Positions 18,926 to 28,622 of a DNA stretch of 64,000 bases are shown here, piece by piece. The DNA lies in NCBI GenBank assembly GCA_964583985.1, contig CAZOYD010000004.1:1-64000 (forward strand). Direction: 5' to 3'. The notes beneath the pieces are model-generated. The model was given only the letters and a program-made list of their open reading frames with translations. It was not told where the DNA came from and ran no database searches. Every line of letters begins with the position of its first letter. The first letter of the stretch is position 1. Position numbers and translations under genes: made by a program. This DNA is from an uncultured archaeon (GTDB lineage: Archaea > Asgardarchaeota > Lokiarchaeia > Sigyniarchaeales > SOKP01).

Positions 18926-19903
18926 CTAGAGATAATTAGCTTCTTTTAAGTTTTGAAAGATTCTTTTTTTAATATCAGAAACTTCTGCTTTAAATTCTAC
19001 ACCAGCGATTTTTTTGTAACTCATCATATATCGTTTTGCTAATTCGATTTTGATATCTGCGGATATAGGTGGGATTTCTTGATCGGGCTTTATATTTGGA
19101 AAAATTTCAGGATAGGTTGACATTAACCACCCTCGAAATATTTCTTTATCCAGAATCTCTGGTTCTTCTTCTTTATTAAATAATTCATCATAGCTATTGA
19201 AGATCCAAAATCGTGAAGAATCTTGAGTATGAATCTCATCAATTACCATTAATTCTCCATCTTTTAATCCAAATTCATACTTTGTATCAACTAAAATCAA
19301 ACCATTTTTCTCACAATATTTGGAACCAAATTCAAAAAGCTTCAAGGCAGCTTCTTCCATCTGTTTATAAATATCTTTATCAACTATCTTCTCATTTAGT
19401 ATCTTTTTTTTTGAAATGTAGATGTCATGTCCAGATATAGCTTTAGTGGATGGTGTTAATAAGGGGGCATCAAGTTTTTGGTTCTTTTTCAATCCATGAG
19501 GTAATTCAATACCAGAAGTATTTTCCCCTTTAAGATAATTGCGCCATGCTGTACCGGTAATATATTGCCTGACAATCATCTCTACAGGAATCAGTTGGCA
19601 TTGATGTACTACAGTCACATTAGGATCTGGTACATCAATAACATGATTTCTAACTAAATCTTTAGTCTTCTCGAACCAGAAAGCAGATAATTGGTTAAGC
19701 ATTTGGCCTTTAAATGGGATCGTGGTAATGACCCTATCAAAAGCAGATAATCTATCAGTGGCAATTATTATCCTTTTATCATCTTGAATATAATTGTCAC
19801 GTACTTTTCCTTGATATAACCTTCCAATGGAAGCAAAATTTGTGGTATCTAAGGTTTTATCCAATTGCCTTCTTATGATTTCTTCTAAATTATCAAATGC
19901 CAT
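18926..19903 (-). CDS. purC: SAICAR synthetase (start probably ATG at 19903)
   Basis: YQGKVRDNY, TDRLSAFD, IPFKG, TPSTKA, LILVDTKYEFG, DEIHTQDSSRFW. Confidence 0.96.
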   Translation of the reverse strand: MAFDNLEEIIRRQLDKTLDTTNFASIGRLYQGKVRDNYIQDDKRIIIATDRLSAFDRVITTIPFKGQMLNQLSAFWFEKTKDLVRNHVIDVPDPNVTVVHQCQLIPVEMIVRQYITGTAWRNYLKGENTSGIELPHGLKKNQKLDAPLLTPSTKAISGHDIYISKKKILNEKIVDKDIYKQMEEAALKLFEFGSKYCEKNGLILVDTKYEFGLKDGELMVIDEIHTQDSSRFWIFNSYDELFNKEEEPEILDKEIFRGWLMSTYPEIFPNIKPDQEIPPISADIKIELAKRYMMSYKKIAGVEFKAEVSDIKKRIFQNLKEANYL

Positions 19904-19994
19904 AATAAAATAAATCAAAAATCCAATAAAAAATTTTTATATATATTTCATATTGATATTATTAATCCAAAAATAAAGGAACTTTTATACCAAA

Positions 19995-20363
19995 TTATCT
20001 TTTATGATAATTCCCATTGCTGAATTCTTCAATGGGATACTTATTTCTATTTTTTTTCATTTTATTTGCGAAAGCATCTGTGAGATCGATATTCAATCTA
20101 TTTATAAGACTGATCAGATAAATAAATATATCTGCGATTTCATCTGAAATATTTTCCAACAATATTGGATTTTCCTCGATTAATTGGATATCCAAATCCT
20201 TAAATAAAAAGATCTCGGAAAGCTCTGAAACTTCAATACCTAAAGCTTGAATTAAATTTTTAGGAGTATGATATTTCGTCCAATTTCGTTCGCTTACAAA
20301 TTTATCTACTTCTTTTTTAAAATGTATTAAATTTGTATTGGAATCATCTTGTTTAGATTTCAT
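19995..20363 (-). CDS. MazG-like nucleotide pyrophosphohydrolase (DCTPP1-like)
   Basis: ERNWTKYHTPKNL...EVSELSE...DEIADIFIYL...KMKKNRNKYP. Confidence 0.9.
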   Translation of the reverse strand: MKSKQDDSNTNLIHFKKEVDKFVSERNWTKYHTPKNLIQALGIEVSELSEIFLFKDLDIQLIEENPILLENISDEIADIFIYLISLINRLNIDLTDAFANKMKKNRNKYPIEEFSNGNYHKR

Positions 20364-20407
20364 TTTTAGAAGCTCTAATCTAATAATAAGAAAAAATTAT
20401 GTTATAG

Positions 20408-21244
20408 TCACTTTAGCTTGCTAATAAAATCATATATTAACCTATTAATGATCTCGGATCTTTGTGCTGGAGCGAAATGGCCTGCCATATCGATAATAAT
20501 ACAAGTGGAATTTGACAATTTTTTATGTAATTCCTCCGACATTTGTTCTGGCGCAAAATTATCTAATCTGCCACCAATAATTAATACAGGACACAAGATA
20601 TTTGAGGGATCATATTCAGTTATTTCATTGATCATAGTAAATATCTGATCCTCTATTATCATTGTCAATTCTTCCTTGTTACCTCTCATCCCATTCAAAG
20701 TGTCTGAAAGAGAAGTCAAGATATAAGGGAGAATTTTATCTAATAATTCTTCTACAGAGTTAGATACAACTCTCAAGAAATCCATGCGTATAAAATATGG
20801 TAATAGATTATAAAAAATATTACGTATAACATTATCAATCATAATATATCCGGAATTGAGTAATATAAGAAATTTAATATCTTTTGGATGTTTCATGCAA
20901 AAGAGTTGACCGATCATTCCACCTACGAGAGAATGACCTATAATTCCATATTTCTCATTTACACATAAGTAACTCAATAAATCCTCCAAATCTCTTATGA
21001 TATCATATCGTAGATTTTTTGATAAATCAAGTTGTTTTGGATGGTCACTTCTTCCATGACCAAGAGCGTCAAACGCTATAATTCTATAATTTTCTTTCAG
21101 CATGCTAATCTGATGTTTAAAAAAAGAGGCTGAAGAAGCAAAACCGTGCAATAAAATAATTGTGCCATCTGTTTGATGCTTTCTTTCTCCATTGATGTCT
21201 TCATAATAAAGATTATATCCCTCTTTGTTCTTAAAAAAAGGCAT
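20408..21244 (-). CDS. Alpha/beta hydrolase
   Basis: LLHGF, FDALGHGRS, IGHSLVGG, GRLDNF, AGHF. Confidence 0.9.
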   Translation of the reverse strand: MPFFKNKEGYNLYYEDINGERKHQTDGTIILLHGFASSASFFKHQISMLKENYRIIAFDALGHGRSDHPKQLDLSKNLRYDIIRDLEDLLSYLCVNEKYGIIGHSLVGGMIGQLFCMKHPKDIKFLILLNSGYIMIDNVIRNIFYNLLPYFIRMDFLRVVSNSVEELLDKILPYILTSLSDTLNGMRGNKEELTMIIEDQIFTMINEITEYDPSNILCPVLIIGGRLDNFAPEQMSEELHKKLSNSTCIIIDMAGHFAPAQRSEIINRLIYDFISKLK

Positions 21245-21363
21245 GCGTATTTGTCTAGCGTTTTTGTAGTATAACTATGTAAATTTGGGATTCCAAAAAT
21301 ATTTTTCCAAATTTTTATTTAGCTAAGAATATCGAGGAAAACAATAGAAAAAAAGAAAAAAAA

Positions 21364-22827
21364 TTAAAAATTCTTTGTAACACGTTTTTTATCGTTCATT
21401 TCTAAAACAGCTGGCATAAAAATTCTAACGAGTTTCTTATAAGTTTTTACAGTCTCTTTATCCGGAATTTTTTCTGCTGAAAACTTTACCATATTAGCGA
21501 TAGCATCATTTATATTCTTAAATCTTCCAGTTCCACAAAATCCTAATATACCTGCACCAACAGCAGCCCCATCTTTAATTTCCGGAACCAAAATTTTCTT
21601 GTCAAATACATCAGCAAAAATTTGAGCCCAAAATCCACTATTCATGGCTCCGCCATCACATTTCAATTCTGTTGTTTTAATGCGTCCTATCCCTTCAAGC
21701 AAGTTCAAATACATTTGACCCGCTAAAGCAGCACTTTCCATGATTGCTCTGGAAAAATGAGTTCTATCATGATGCCACCCTAAACCATGGATTGTTCCTT
21801 TTCTAAAAATATAGAGGGGGATAAAAAGTAAACCATTACTTCCAGCGGGTGCTTGTTCTGCTTCTTTAGTCAATATATCATATACATCGATGCTAAGCTC
21901 TTCACTTTCTTTTAGTTGTAATTGAGAGAAATTTTTTGCATATGTTTGAAACATTGTACCAGTCCCCGGCATCACTCCTTCTAATACCCATTTACCTTTT
22001 AAAAGATGAGGATAAGTAAAAATAGGAAAATCTCCTGCAGCTCTAATTGGTTCATCAACAACATAATCCACAAATGTACCGGTACCCGTGGTAACTTTTG
22101 CTTGCCCCTTCTCAACAACACCAAGACCTAATGCCGCACATTGTTGATCACCCCCTCCTAAAATAATGGGTGTGTTTTGTTTCAATCCAAGCTCACTTGC
22201 TACATCGCTTGATAATTCTCCTATAATATCTCCTGGTGAATGTACTTCAGGCCATAATTCTACGGGCAATTCAAAAGCATCTGCAATTTGTTCGTCCCAT
22301 TTTAATGATCTAATATTTAGTATCCCATTTATACCATTTGTAGGATCTGTGACATATTCTCCACATAATTTCATGTAGGTATATGAATCAGGAGATATGA
22401 TTTTATGGGCTTTGGCAAATAAATCAGGTTTATTGTTTTTTAACCACAATAATTTTGGAATTGAATTTCTCCAAGCTAATTCCTCATTGAAACCTTTGGC
22501 ATCTGTTAATTCTCTCTCATCCATCCAAGTTAGCGCAGGATGTAGAATTTCACCACTCTTGTTGATAATTGTTACTGTCGCTCGAGAAAATGAAGCAGAG
22601 ATTCCAACAATGTCCTCTGGATTAAATTTTCCACTCTTCACTACTGTTTTACATGTATTTTTAGTAGCTGCCCACCACACTCTTGGGTCCTGCTCAGAAA
22701 TTCCTACTGGTTGCTTAGGAATTAAATATTCTTCATAAGCTTTTGATATTAACTTACCATTCATATCTAAAATGATTGTTCTAGTCCCAGTTGTCCCAAT
22801 ATCAAAAACACATATTAAATCGTTCAT
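21364..22827 (-). CDS. FGGY-family carbohydrate kinase (xylulokinase/glycerol kinase-like)
   Basis: FDIGTTGTR, EQDP, WMDER, GGGDQQCAALG, TTGTG, DGGAMNS. Confidence 0.93.
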   Translation of the reverse strand: MNDLICVFDIGTTGTRTIILDMNGKLISKAYEEYLIPKQPVGISEQDPRVWWAATKNTCKTVVKSGKFNPEDIVGISASFSRATVTIINKSGEILHPALTWMDERELTDAKGFNEELAWRNSIPKLLWLKNNKPDLFAKAHKIISPDSYTYMKLCGEYVTDPTNGINGILNIRSLKWDEQIADAFELPVELWPEVHSPGDIIGELSSDVASELGLKQNTPIILGGGDQQCAALGLGVVEKGQAKVTTGTGTFVDYVVDEPIRAAGDFPIFTYPHLLKGKWVLEGVMPGTGTMFQTYAKNFSQLQLKESEELSIDVYDILTKEAEQAPAGSNGLLFIPLYIFRKGTIHGLGWHHDRTHFSRAIMESAALAGQMYLNLLEGIGRIKTTELKCDGGAMNSGFWAQIFADVFDKKILVPEIKDGAAVGAGILGFCGTGRFKNINDAIANMVKFSAEKIPDKETVKTYKKLVRIFMPAVLEMNDKKRVTKNF

Positions 22828-22954
22828 ATATTCTCACTTAAATATTTGAAATAATAAATACTATTAATAATAATAAAATTAGACCTATTATTAATACAAA
22901 TACTATTTATGCAAATTTAGTCAACTATAGTTTAAAAACTGATTGTGAATTTAT

Positions 22955-23866
22955 ATGAAATCCATAAAAAATTTGAATATATATACGATTGTCGAAAATA
23001 TGGTTGGAGGAAAAGGTTGGGGCTCTTGGGGGCTTTCATTCTTTTTAGAAATCGAAGATGCAAATGGTAATAACAAAAATGTACTGTTTGATGCTGGAGG
23101 AGATAAAGAAGTGTTCTTGCATAATTCAAAAATTTATAATATTGATCTTTCAAATATTGATGCAATTTTCCTTAGTCATGGTCATTGGGATCATTCAAGT
23201 GCGATTTTAGAAGTAGTTAAAGCTTCAGAAGGCGTAAAATTATATACACATCCTGAAGTATTTTCCCACAGGTTCCATGTTAATACGGATGGGGGAAAAA
23301 GAGAAAATGGCATCCAAAAAGAGATTACTATAGCAGCAATTGAAGATCTTGGCGGTGAAATAATATTTAATTCAAAGTCAGTAGAAATTGTTCCCGGATT
23401 ATGGACTACAGGAGAAGTTGAAAGAATAAGTGGTTTTGAGACCCCCATGAGTCTTGGTGAAAATGACAAAATAGTGAAAATTATTGATGGAAAAGAAATC
23501 GAAGATGATATAATTGATGATCAATCATTATGGGTTGATATTGAAGATATTGGACCCATCATTCTAACGGGGTGTGCACATGCTGGAGTTATAAACATTA
23601 TTGAAAAAGTGAAGAAACTTAGTAATTTTCAGAAATTTTTCGGTTTAATAGGAGGGACCCATTTAGTTGGTCGTTCGGATGATTATATTAAAAAAACAAT
23701 CCGAGGATTAAAATCTCACAAATTTCAACTGCTCTCACCTTGTCATTGCACTGGATTCAAGGCAACTTGTATTTTATACAATAATTTTCAAGAAGAATTT
23801 CACCTAAATTATTGTGGAAGGAAATTCGATCTAAGAAATATAAAATTAGATGATCAAATTTTCTGA
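22955..23866 (+). CDS. Metallo-beta-lactamase fold protein (archaeal dihydropteroate-synthase-like family)
   Basis: VLFDAG, LSHGHWDH, DDQSL, TGCAHAG, GGTHL, PCHCTG. Confidence 0.88.
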   Translation: MKSIKNLNIYTIVENMVGGKGWGSWGLSFFLEIEDANGNNKNVLFDAGGDKEVFLHNSKIYNIDLSNIDAIFLSHGHWDHSSAILEVVKASEGVKLYTHPEVFSHRFHVNTDGGKRENGIQKEITIAAIEDLGGEIIFNSKSVEIVPGLWTTGEVERISGFETPMSLGENDKIVKIIDGKEIEDDIIDDQSLWVDIEDIGPIILTGCAHAGVINIIEKVKKLSNFQKFFGLIGGTHLVGRSDDYIKKTIRGLKSHKFQLLSPCHCTGFKATCILYNNFQEEFHLNYCGRKFDLRNIKLDDQIF

Positions 23867-23876
23867 TCCTTATTAT

Positions 23877-25151
23877 TTATAAGCTTTTAGCCAAGAGTTC
23901 AGAGATATCGAGTATTTTAGTTTTCTCTTTATCATCGCCTGTAATTCCATAGCCCAATCCTAGCTCACATAACGGACATGCAGAGACTATTACCCTTGAT
24001 CCTGTTTCCTTAAGCTCTTTTATCCTATTAATCGCTTCTTTTATTGCTAAATCCTTATCTGCCCAATGAGCTGTTCCTGACCATCCACAACAATGTACAT
24101 TTTCCTTGTTGTAAATTGGCTCAAAAACCTCCATATCGGGAATATTTTTTAAAATTGTTCTTAAGGACGTTGTATCGTTTAGATTCCGAGCAATCAAGCA
24201 CGGATCGTGAATCGTTACTTTCAATAATTCATCAGATAGCTTATTCATTGGTTTTAATCTCCCGTTTTTTATGAGTTGAGTGAAATATTCTACAATGTGA
24301 ATAATTTTGGCATTGATATCAATACTGGCAGTCTTATATTTCTTTGTTAGCGTTAGTACACAACCAGGACAATCCGATACTATCAATTTCGCTCCCGTTT
24401 TTTCAGCAAGATCCTTATTTTTTTGAGCGAAATCTTTTGCAGTTCCAAAATCTCTGATGTTAAATGCAGGTCCACCGCAACAAGCTCTGTGATCTAAATT
24501 GGTTGAGAATTTAATGTTCAATTTTTTCAGGATCTCGATATTAGCTTTCACAACTTCGGGAAATTTCATCATTTCACAACCAATATAGTAATAAACCTCA
24601 TCTTTTCCGTCAGTTTCTACATTTTCAATGCCTTTTTCTCTGTAAGTTAGGAATATGTTATGATCTTCAATGGTATTGGTTTTATGTAATTTATCTAGTT
24701 GTTGTTTACAATATTCTGGCATTAACCCCTTATCATTTAGATCATCTCTAACGGTTTCAAGTAAAGAAACCACAGAAAAATCAAATGGACACCATACTTT
24801 ACATGATTCTTCATTTGTACATTTGTACATCAAATCAATGAATGGTTTATTTTCTGTTTTCATAGGATCAATTTTACCCATAGATATATAGTATCCAATC
24901 CGAGCTTTATACGAAGGACTCATGGTTTCCTTTTGCTCTGCTTGCAATGTTCCGCAATCGAATCGACACATATTTGGGCATAACATGCACTTGATTAAAT
25001 CTTCCACATTTGCCTTGAATTCTCCTTCAGGAAAGTAATTCTTCTTTTTATTACGAAAATTTTTCATGATGATCGATCGAGTTTGCCTATCTGCCATTTG
25101 AAGGAGTGGCATGATCCATTCATATTTTTTTAACGTTTCTTCTAATCCCAT
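23877..25151 (-). CDS. Fe-S oxidoreductase with two CCG domains (GlpC/GlcF/HdrD-like)
   Basis: CMLCPNMCRFDC, CTNEESCKVWCP, YIGC, ACCGG, SDCPGC, HDPC, HCCG, SACPLC. Confidence 0.9.
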   Translation of the reverse strand: MGLEETLKKYEWIMPLLQMADRQTRSIIMKNFRNKKKNYFPEGEFKANVEDLIKCMLCPNMCRFDCGTLQAEQKETMSPSYKARIGYYISMGKIDPMKTENKPFIDLMYKCTNEESCKVWCPFDFSVVSLLETVRDDLNDKGLMPEYCKQQLDKLHKTNTIEDHNIFLTYREKGIENVETDGKDEVYYYIGCEMMKFPEVVKANIEILKKLNIKFSTNLDHRACCGGPAFNIRDFGTAKDFAQKNKDLAEKTGAKLIVSDCPGCVLTLTKKYKTASIDINAKIIHIVEYFTQLIKNGRLKPMNKLSDELLKVTIHDPCLIARNLNDTTSLRTILKNIPDMEVFEPIYNKENVHCCGWSGTAHWADKDLAIKEAINRIKELKETGSRVIVSACPLCELGLGYGITGDDKEKTKILDISELLAKSL

Positions 25152-26630
25152 TTAGATCTCACCTGTCTTCCAGGTTTCCTCATATATCTTACCTGGATTT
25201 AATATATTATTAGGATCAAGTACTTTTTTTATTTCTTTAAGTGTTTCCAACCCTTTTCCCCATTCATTTATCATCCAATGAGATCGTGTAATCCCTATTC
25301 CATGATGATGAGCAATCGAACCACCCGCATCGATAACTGCTTTAATTATCGTATTCCAACATTCTTGGTAAAATACGAAATCTGATTTATCCTTCGGTGG
25401 AACTCCTCCAAAAGAAAAGTAAATTCCTACTCCATTGGGATAAAAATGGGAGACATGTGCTGTTATCATGAGCATTCCAGGGAGTTCATTCGCTTTTTCT
25501 AATACACTATGATAGATATTAGCAGCATTCTCCCATAATGAGGCAACTTCTATTGTATCAAACACGATTTTATATGGTGGCATGGATGACGTTTCGGTCA
25601 CTCTAAATCTAGATTCCATCCAATGTTCTACAGGGTGAATACCACAATCTATCCCTTTATTATCCACACATATCTTTCTTGTAAAGGATTCTTCTAAATC
25701 AACAAGTTCAGAATTACCTTCACACACAAATACAACCATGACCTTATCTTTTGAGAGCTCAACATTTGGAAAGTGACGAGATGTTTCAAAATTATCGTAT
25801 ATTCGAATAACTGCAGGAAAAATGTGTTCTCTTAGTATTTTTCTGGTTGCTGTAAATGAATCTTCAATGGTCGGAAAAGCATAAGAGATAAATGTTCTTT
25901 TCGATGGAGAAGGCCAAATCTTTAGAGTTGCTTTAGTTACAATTCCAAGTGTTCCTTCTCCTCCAAAAAATAATTTATTAAGTTGAGGTCCAGTTGAAGC
26001 TCCTGGAATGGGCTTAAATTCAATTATCTCTCCTAAAGGTAACACTACTCGCATTCCGATTACTATTTCCTCTATTTTTCCATATTTCGTGCTAAATTGA
26101 CCAGCAGCTCGATGAGCAATCCATCCTCCTAATGATGATGTGTATAAAGATTGGGGGATATGACCCGCAGTATAACCCTTCTTATTTAAATATGTTTCTA
26201 AATTCATCCCATTTATCCCAGCTTGAGCAGTAACAGTTAAGTCAGTATCATTTATTTCAATTATATTACTTAACTTCTTCATATCGATTATAATTCCTCC
26301 TCTTATAGGAATTGCGCCCCCAACAACACCAGATCCCTCAGCAAAGGGAATTACTGGAACTTTTTCTTCATTTGCAATTTTGAGAATATCTGAGATCTGA
26401 AATTCATTTTCTGGCCAAGTTATGATGTGAGGAAGGGCCGCTATTTTATCTTCCATAGCCCAATTCATTCCGATCAGTGAAGCATCTCTTGTGTAAGCCA
26501 ATAAATCAATTTGCTCCGAAGATACGTTTTCTTTTCCAATAACTCCTTTTAATTTATTTTCAATCTCATCTTTATGCTTTATATCACAACGATCTTCCGT
26601 ATAGATGAGCTCAAAACCCTTAAAATTCAT
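25152..26630 (-). CDS. FAD-binding oxidoreductase, alkyl-dihydroxyacetonephosphate synthase-like (VAO/PCMH family)
   Basis: GSGVVGG, GHIPQSLYTSSLGGWIAHRAAGQFSTKYGKIE, GEGTLGIVT, AHVSHFY, SIAHHHGIG, LDPNNILNPGK. Confidence 0.88.
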   Translation of the reverse strand: MNFKGFELIYTEDRCDIKHKDEIENKLKGVIGKENVSSEQIDLLAYTRDASLIGMNWAMEDKIAALPHIITWPENEFQISDILKIANEEKVPVIPFAEGSGVVGGAIPIRGGIIIDMKKLSNIIEINDTDLTVTAQAGINGMNLETYLNKKGYTAGHIPQSLYTSSLGGWIAHRAAGQFSTKYGKIEEIVIGMRVVLPLGEIIEFKPIPGASTGPQLNKLFFGGEGTLGIVTKATLKIWPSPSKRTFISYAFPTIEDSFTATRKILREHIFPAVIRIYDNFETSRHFPNVELSKDKVMVVFVCEGNSELVDLEESFTRKICVDNKGIDCGIHPVEHWMESRFRVTETSSMPPYKIVFDTIEVASLWENAANIYHSVLEKANELPGMLMITAHVSHFYPNGVGIYFSFGGVPPKDKSDFVFYQECWNTIIKAVIDAGGSIAHHHGIGITRSHWMINEWGKGLETLKEIKKVLDPNNILNPGKIYEETWKTGEI

Positions 26631-26874
26631 GATGTCTTAACCAATTAGTCAATAGGTTTAAAAATTAACGGAACCAAATTAACATTTTTAATATTGAATT
26701 TAATAAAAATGAATCTACAATTAGAAAAAAGAGGGGTAATTTCTAAATCCATATCATGAGAATCCAATATCACTTAAAATTTCATTTTAACCTAATAAAA
26801 TGAATATTATGAATTTAGTAATTTTAATTTAAATTAATTAGGTTTATAAACGGAGTAAATTCGAGAAAAAAACT

Positions 26875-28353
26875 TTAATAATTTGTCTCTCCTGTCATTT
26901 TATTAATCTTAAGGTGCCTAAAACGCGCTTTAGTATTCACGATTTCTTGGCTATTTGTGACACGTTTAACTACTTCTTGCGGAAATAAATATTTTGCCAA
27001 ATGAATGATCATTTCCTTTGTTTCAATGCAATTAAATAATTTTAGGCTCTCAAATGAATAAAATAGCTCAGAAATAAGATCAAAATTCATATCTGCAGAG
27101 AAATCTAAGATTTCCAAGTTTCTATAAATTCTCGACATTATGCTAGTTAATAGATCAAGATCTTTAAGCTTGTCTAGCGTATTCATTACAAAATTATTAA
27201 ATATAACATAATATGTCGCTTCAGCAGAAATAAAACCATCTCGATATTGCTTTATTCCTTCGGGGGTGATTCTAGTTTCTATTTCATCCAAAATCGCTTC
27301 AGAGTTTTGTTCTACATTTTTTATGTTCAGTAAATGATACATTTTCAATATTACGACGAGTTGAGAAGTTTCCAGATTCTTTAAATATTGTGGTTCAAAA
27401 AATTTCTTCTCGGTTTCTAACAATCTGATTAATTGTTCTTGAGATAACCATATGTTCATCAAATTAGTTGATTTGACGTAATAATATAATCCATCTGTTG
27501 CTTCAACTAACGGTGATTCAAATTCATCAATTCCTTCTTCATAAAGATTTACAAGGAACTGCTTAACTTTTTCAATATCTAAAGAGCATCCGAGATATTT
27601 TGCTAAATACAATCCACAAAAATAAAGATCGGGATTTTGTAAAGTGACTAATGGGATTGTTACCAGCCACTCTTTCATGTTGTTTTCTAAATACTCTTTA
27701 ATATGGGAAAAATCAAATTGATTTTCTAGATAAAAAAAACTGATGCTACGATATATTAAATATATTAATTGTAATTTATCTTTTGGTTCAGTCAAATCTT
27801 CTAAACTTTCAATGATTTTCTTGTTTTTATTTAACTTATTAATGTATTTATCTCTAACGTGTACATATTTTTTTAAATTTTCTTTTTTGCTCGGAAATTC
27901 GTCAATGAGCATTTTAAAATTCCGAAGTTCCATGATAAAATTTAATTCAAAGAAACCTTTTGATTTAAGGTTAAGTAGCAATGGAATTGCTTTGATATCA
28001 ACAAAATATTCAATAATCTTTTCCAAGAAGATCTCATATATGATCGGAGCGATTTTAACTTCGTACAAATCGAGATATGTTTCAATCGTTTCGAGTTCTG
28101 AATTATTTAATTCGAGAAAAGGATCCATGAACTTAATCTCTAATTCCGATTTTTCAAATCCTAACTCTATTAATTCTTTTTTGAGAATATTTAATAGATC
28201 CTTTAATTTTTTTTGTAAATCTCCATCAAGCTTAAGATCATTTTTGAATAAATTTTTTATTGTTTCATTAAAATAATTATCAATAGCATTATAAAACATA
28301 TCAATTTCATTTAGATATAAACTTAGAATATTAAAGATTCCTTGAAATATCAT
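26875..28353 (-). CDS. Hypothetical all-alpha protein; C-terminal half weakly prenyltransferase-repeat-like
   Basis: 492-aa ORF; recurring segments DLYFCGLYL, EATDGLYYYV, GFISAEATYYVI. Confidence 0.55.
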   Translation of the reverse strand: MIFQGIFNILSLYLNEIDMFYNAIDNYFNETIKNLFKNDLKLDGDLQKKLKDLLNILKKELIELGFEKSELEIKFMDPFLELNNSELETIETYLDLYEVKIAPIIYEIFLEKIIEYFVDIKAIPLLLNLKSKGFFELNFIMELRNFKMLIDEFPSKKENLKKYVHVRDKYINKLNKNKKIIESLEDLTEPKDKLQLIYLIYRSISFFYLENQFDFSHIKEYLENNMKEWLVTIPLVTLQNPDLYFCGLYLAKYLGCSLDIEKVKQFLVNLYEEGIDEFESPLVEATDGLYYYVKSTNLMNIWLSQEQLIRLLETEKKFFEPQYLKNLETSQLVVILKMYHLLNIKNVEQNSEAILDEIETRITPEGIKQYRDGFISAEATYYVIFNNFVMNTLDKLKDLDLLTSIMSRIYRNLEILDFSADMNFDLISELFYSFESLKLFNCIETKEMIIHLAKYLFPQEVVKRVTNSQEIVNTKARFRHLKINKMTGETNY

Positions 28354-28622
28354 GTAAATCTACCAGTAAATAAAAGAGAAATTCAATTTGAATAGTCTCA
28401 TCTATTAAATTTTAATATTCAATAGTAATAATATAAATTAATACTTTATTGTTATATAATCTGAAAAGGATACGGTTAAGATATTCTATTTATTGGGATT
28501 GAATAAGATGATGGCATTCATTTTCACTAAACATCGTTGAAAAGGAACTTTTTATTAAGTTTAATACAAATGGATAATTCTAAAATCTAACAAAAGAAAT
28601 TAATAAATCACGTTGAAAATTA

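Noticed and set aside
26709-26804. 16-codon ORF MNLQLEKRGVISKSIS and the inverted repeat TTCATTTTA-N6-TAAAATGAA
   Set aside because: No RBS; an AT-only repeat is likely by chance at this base composition
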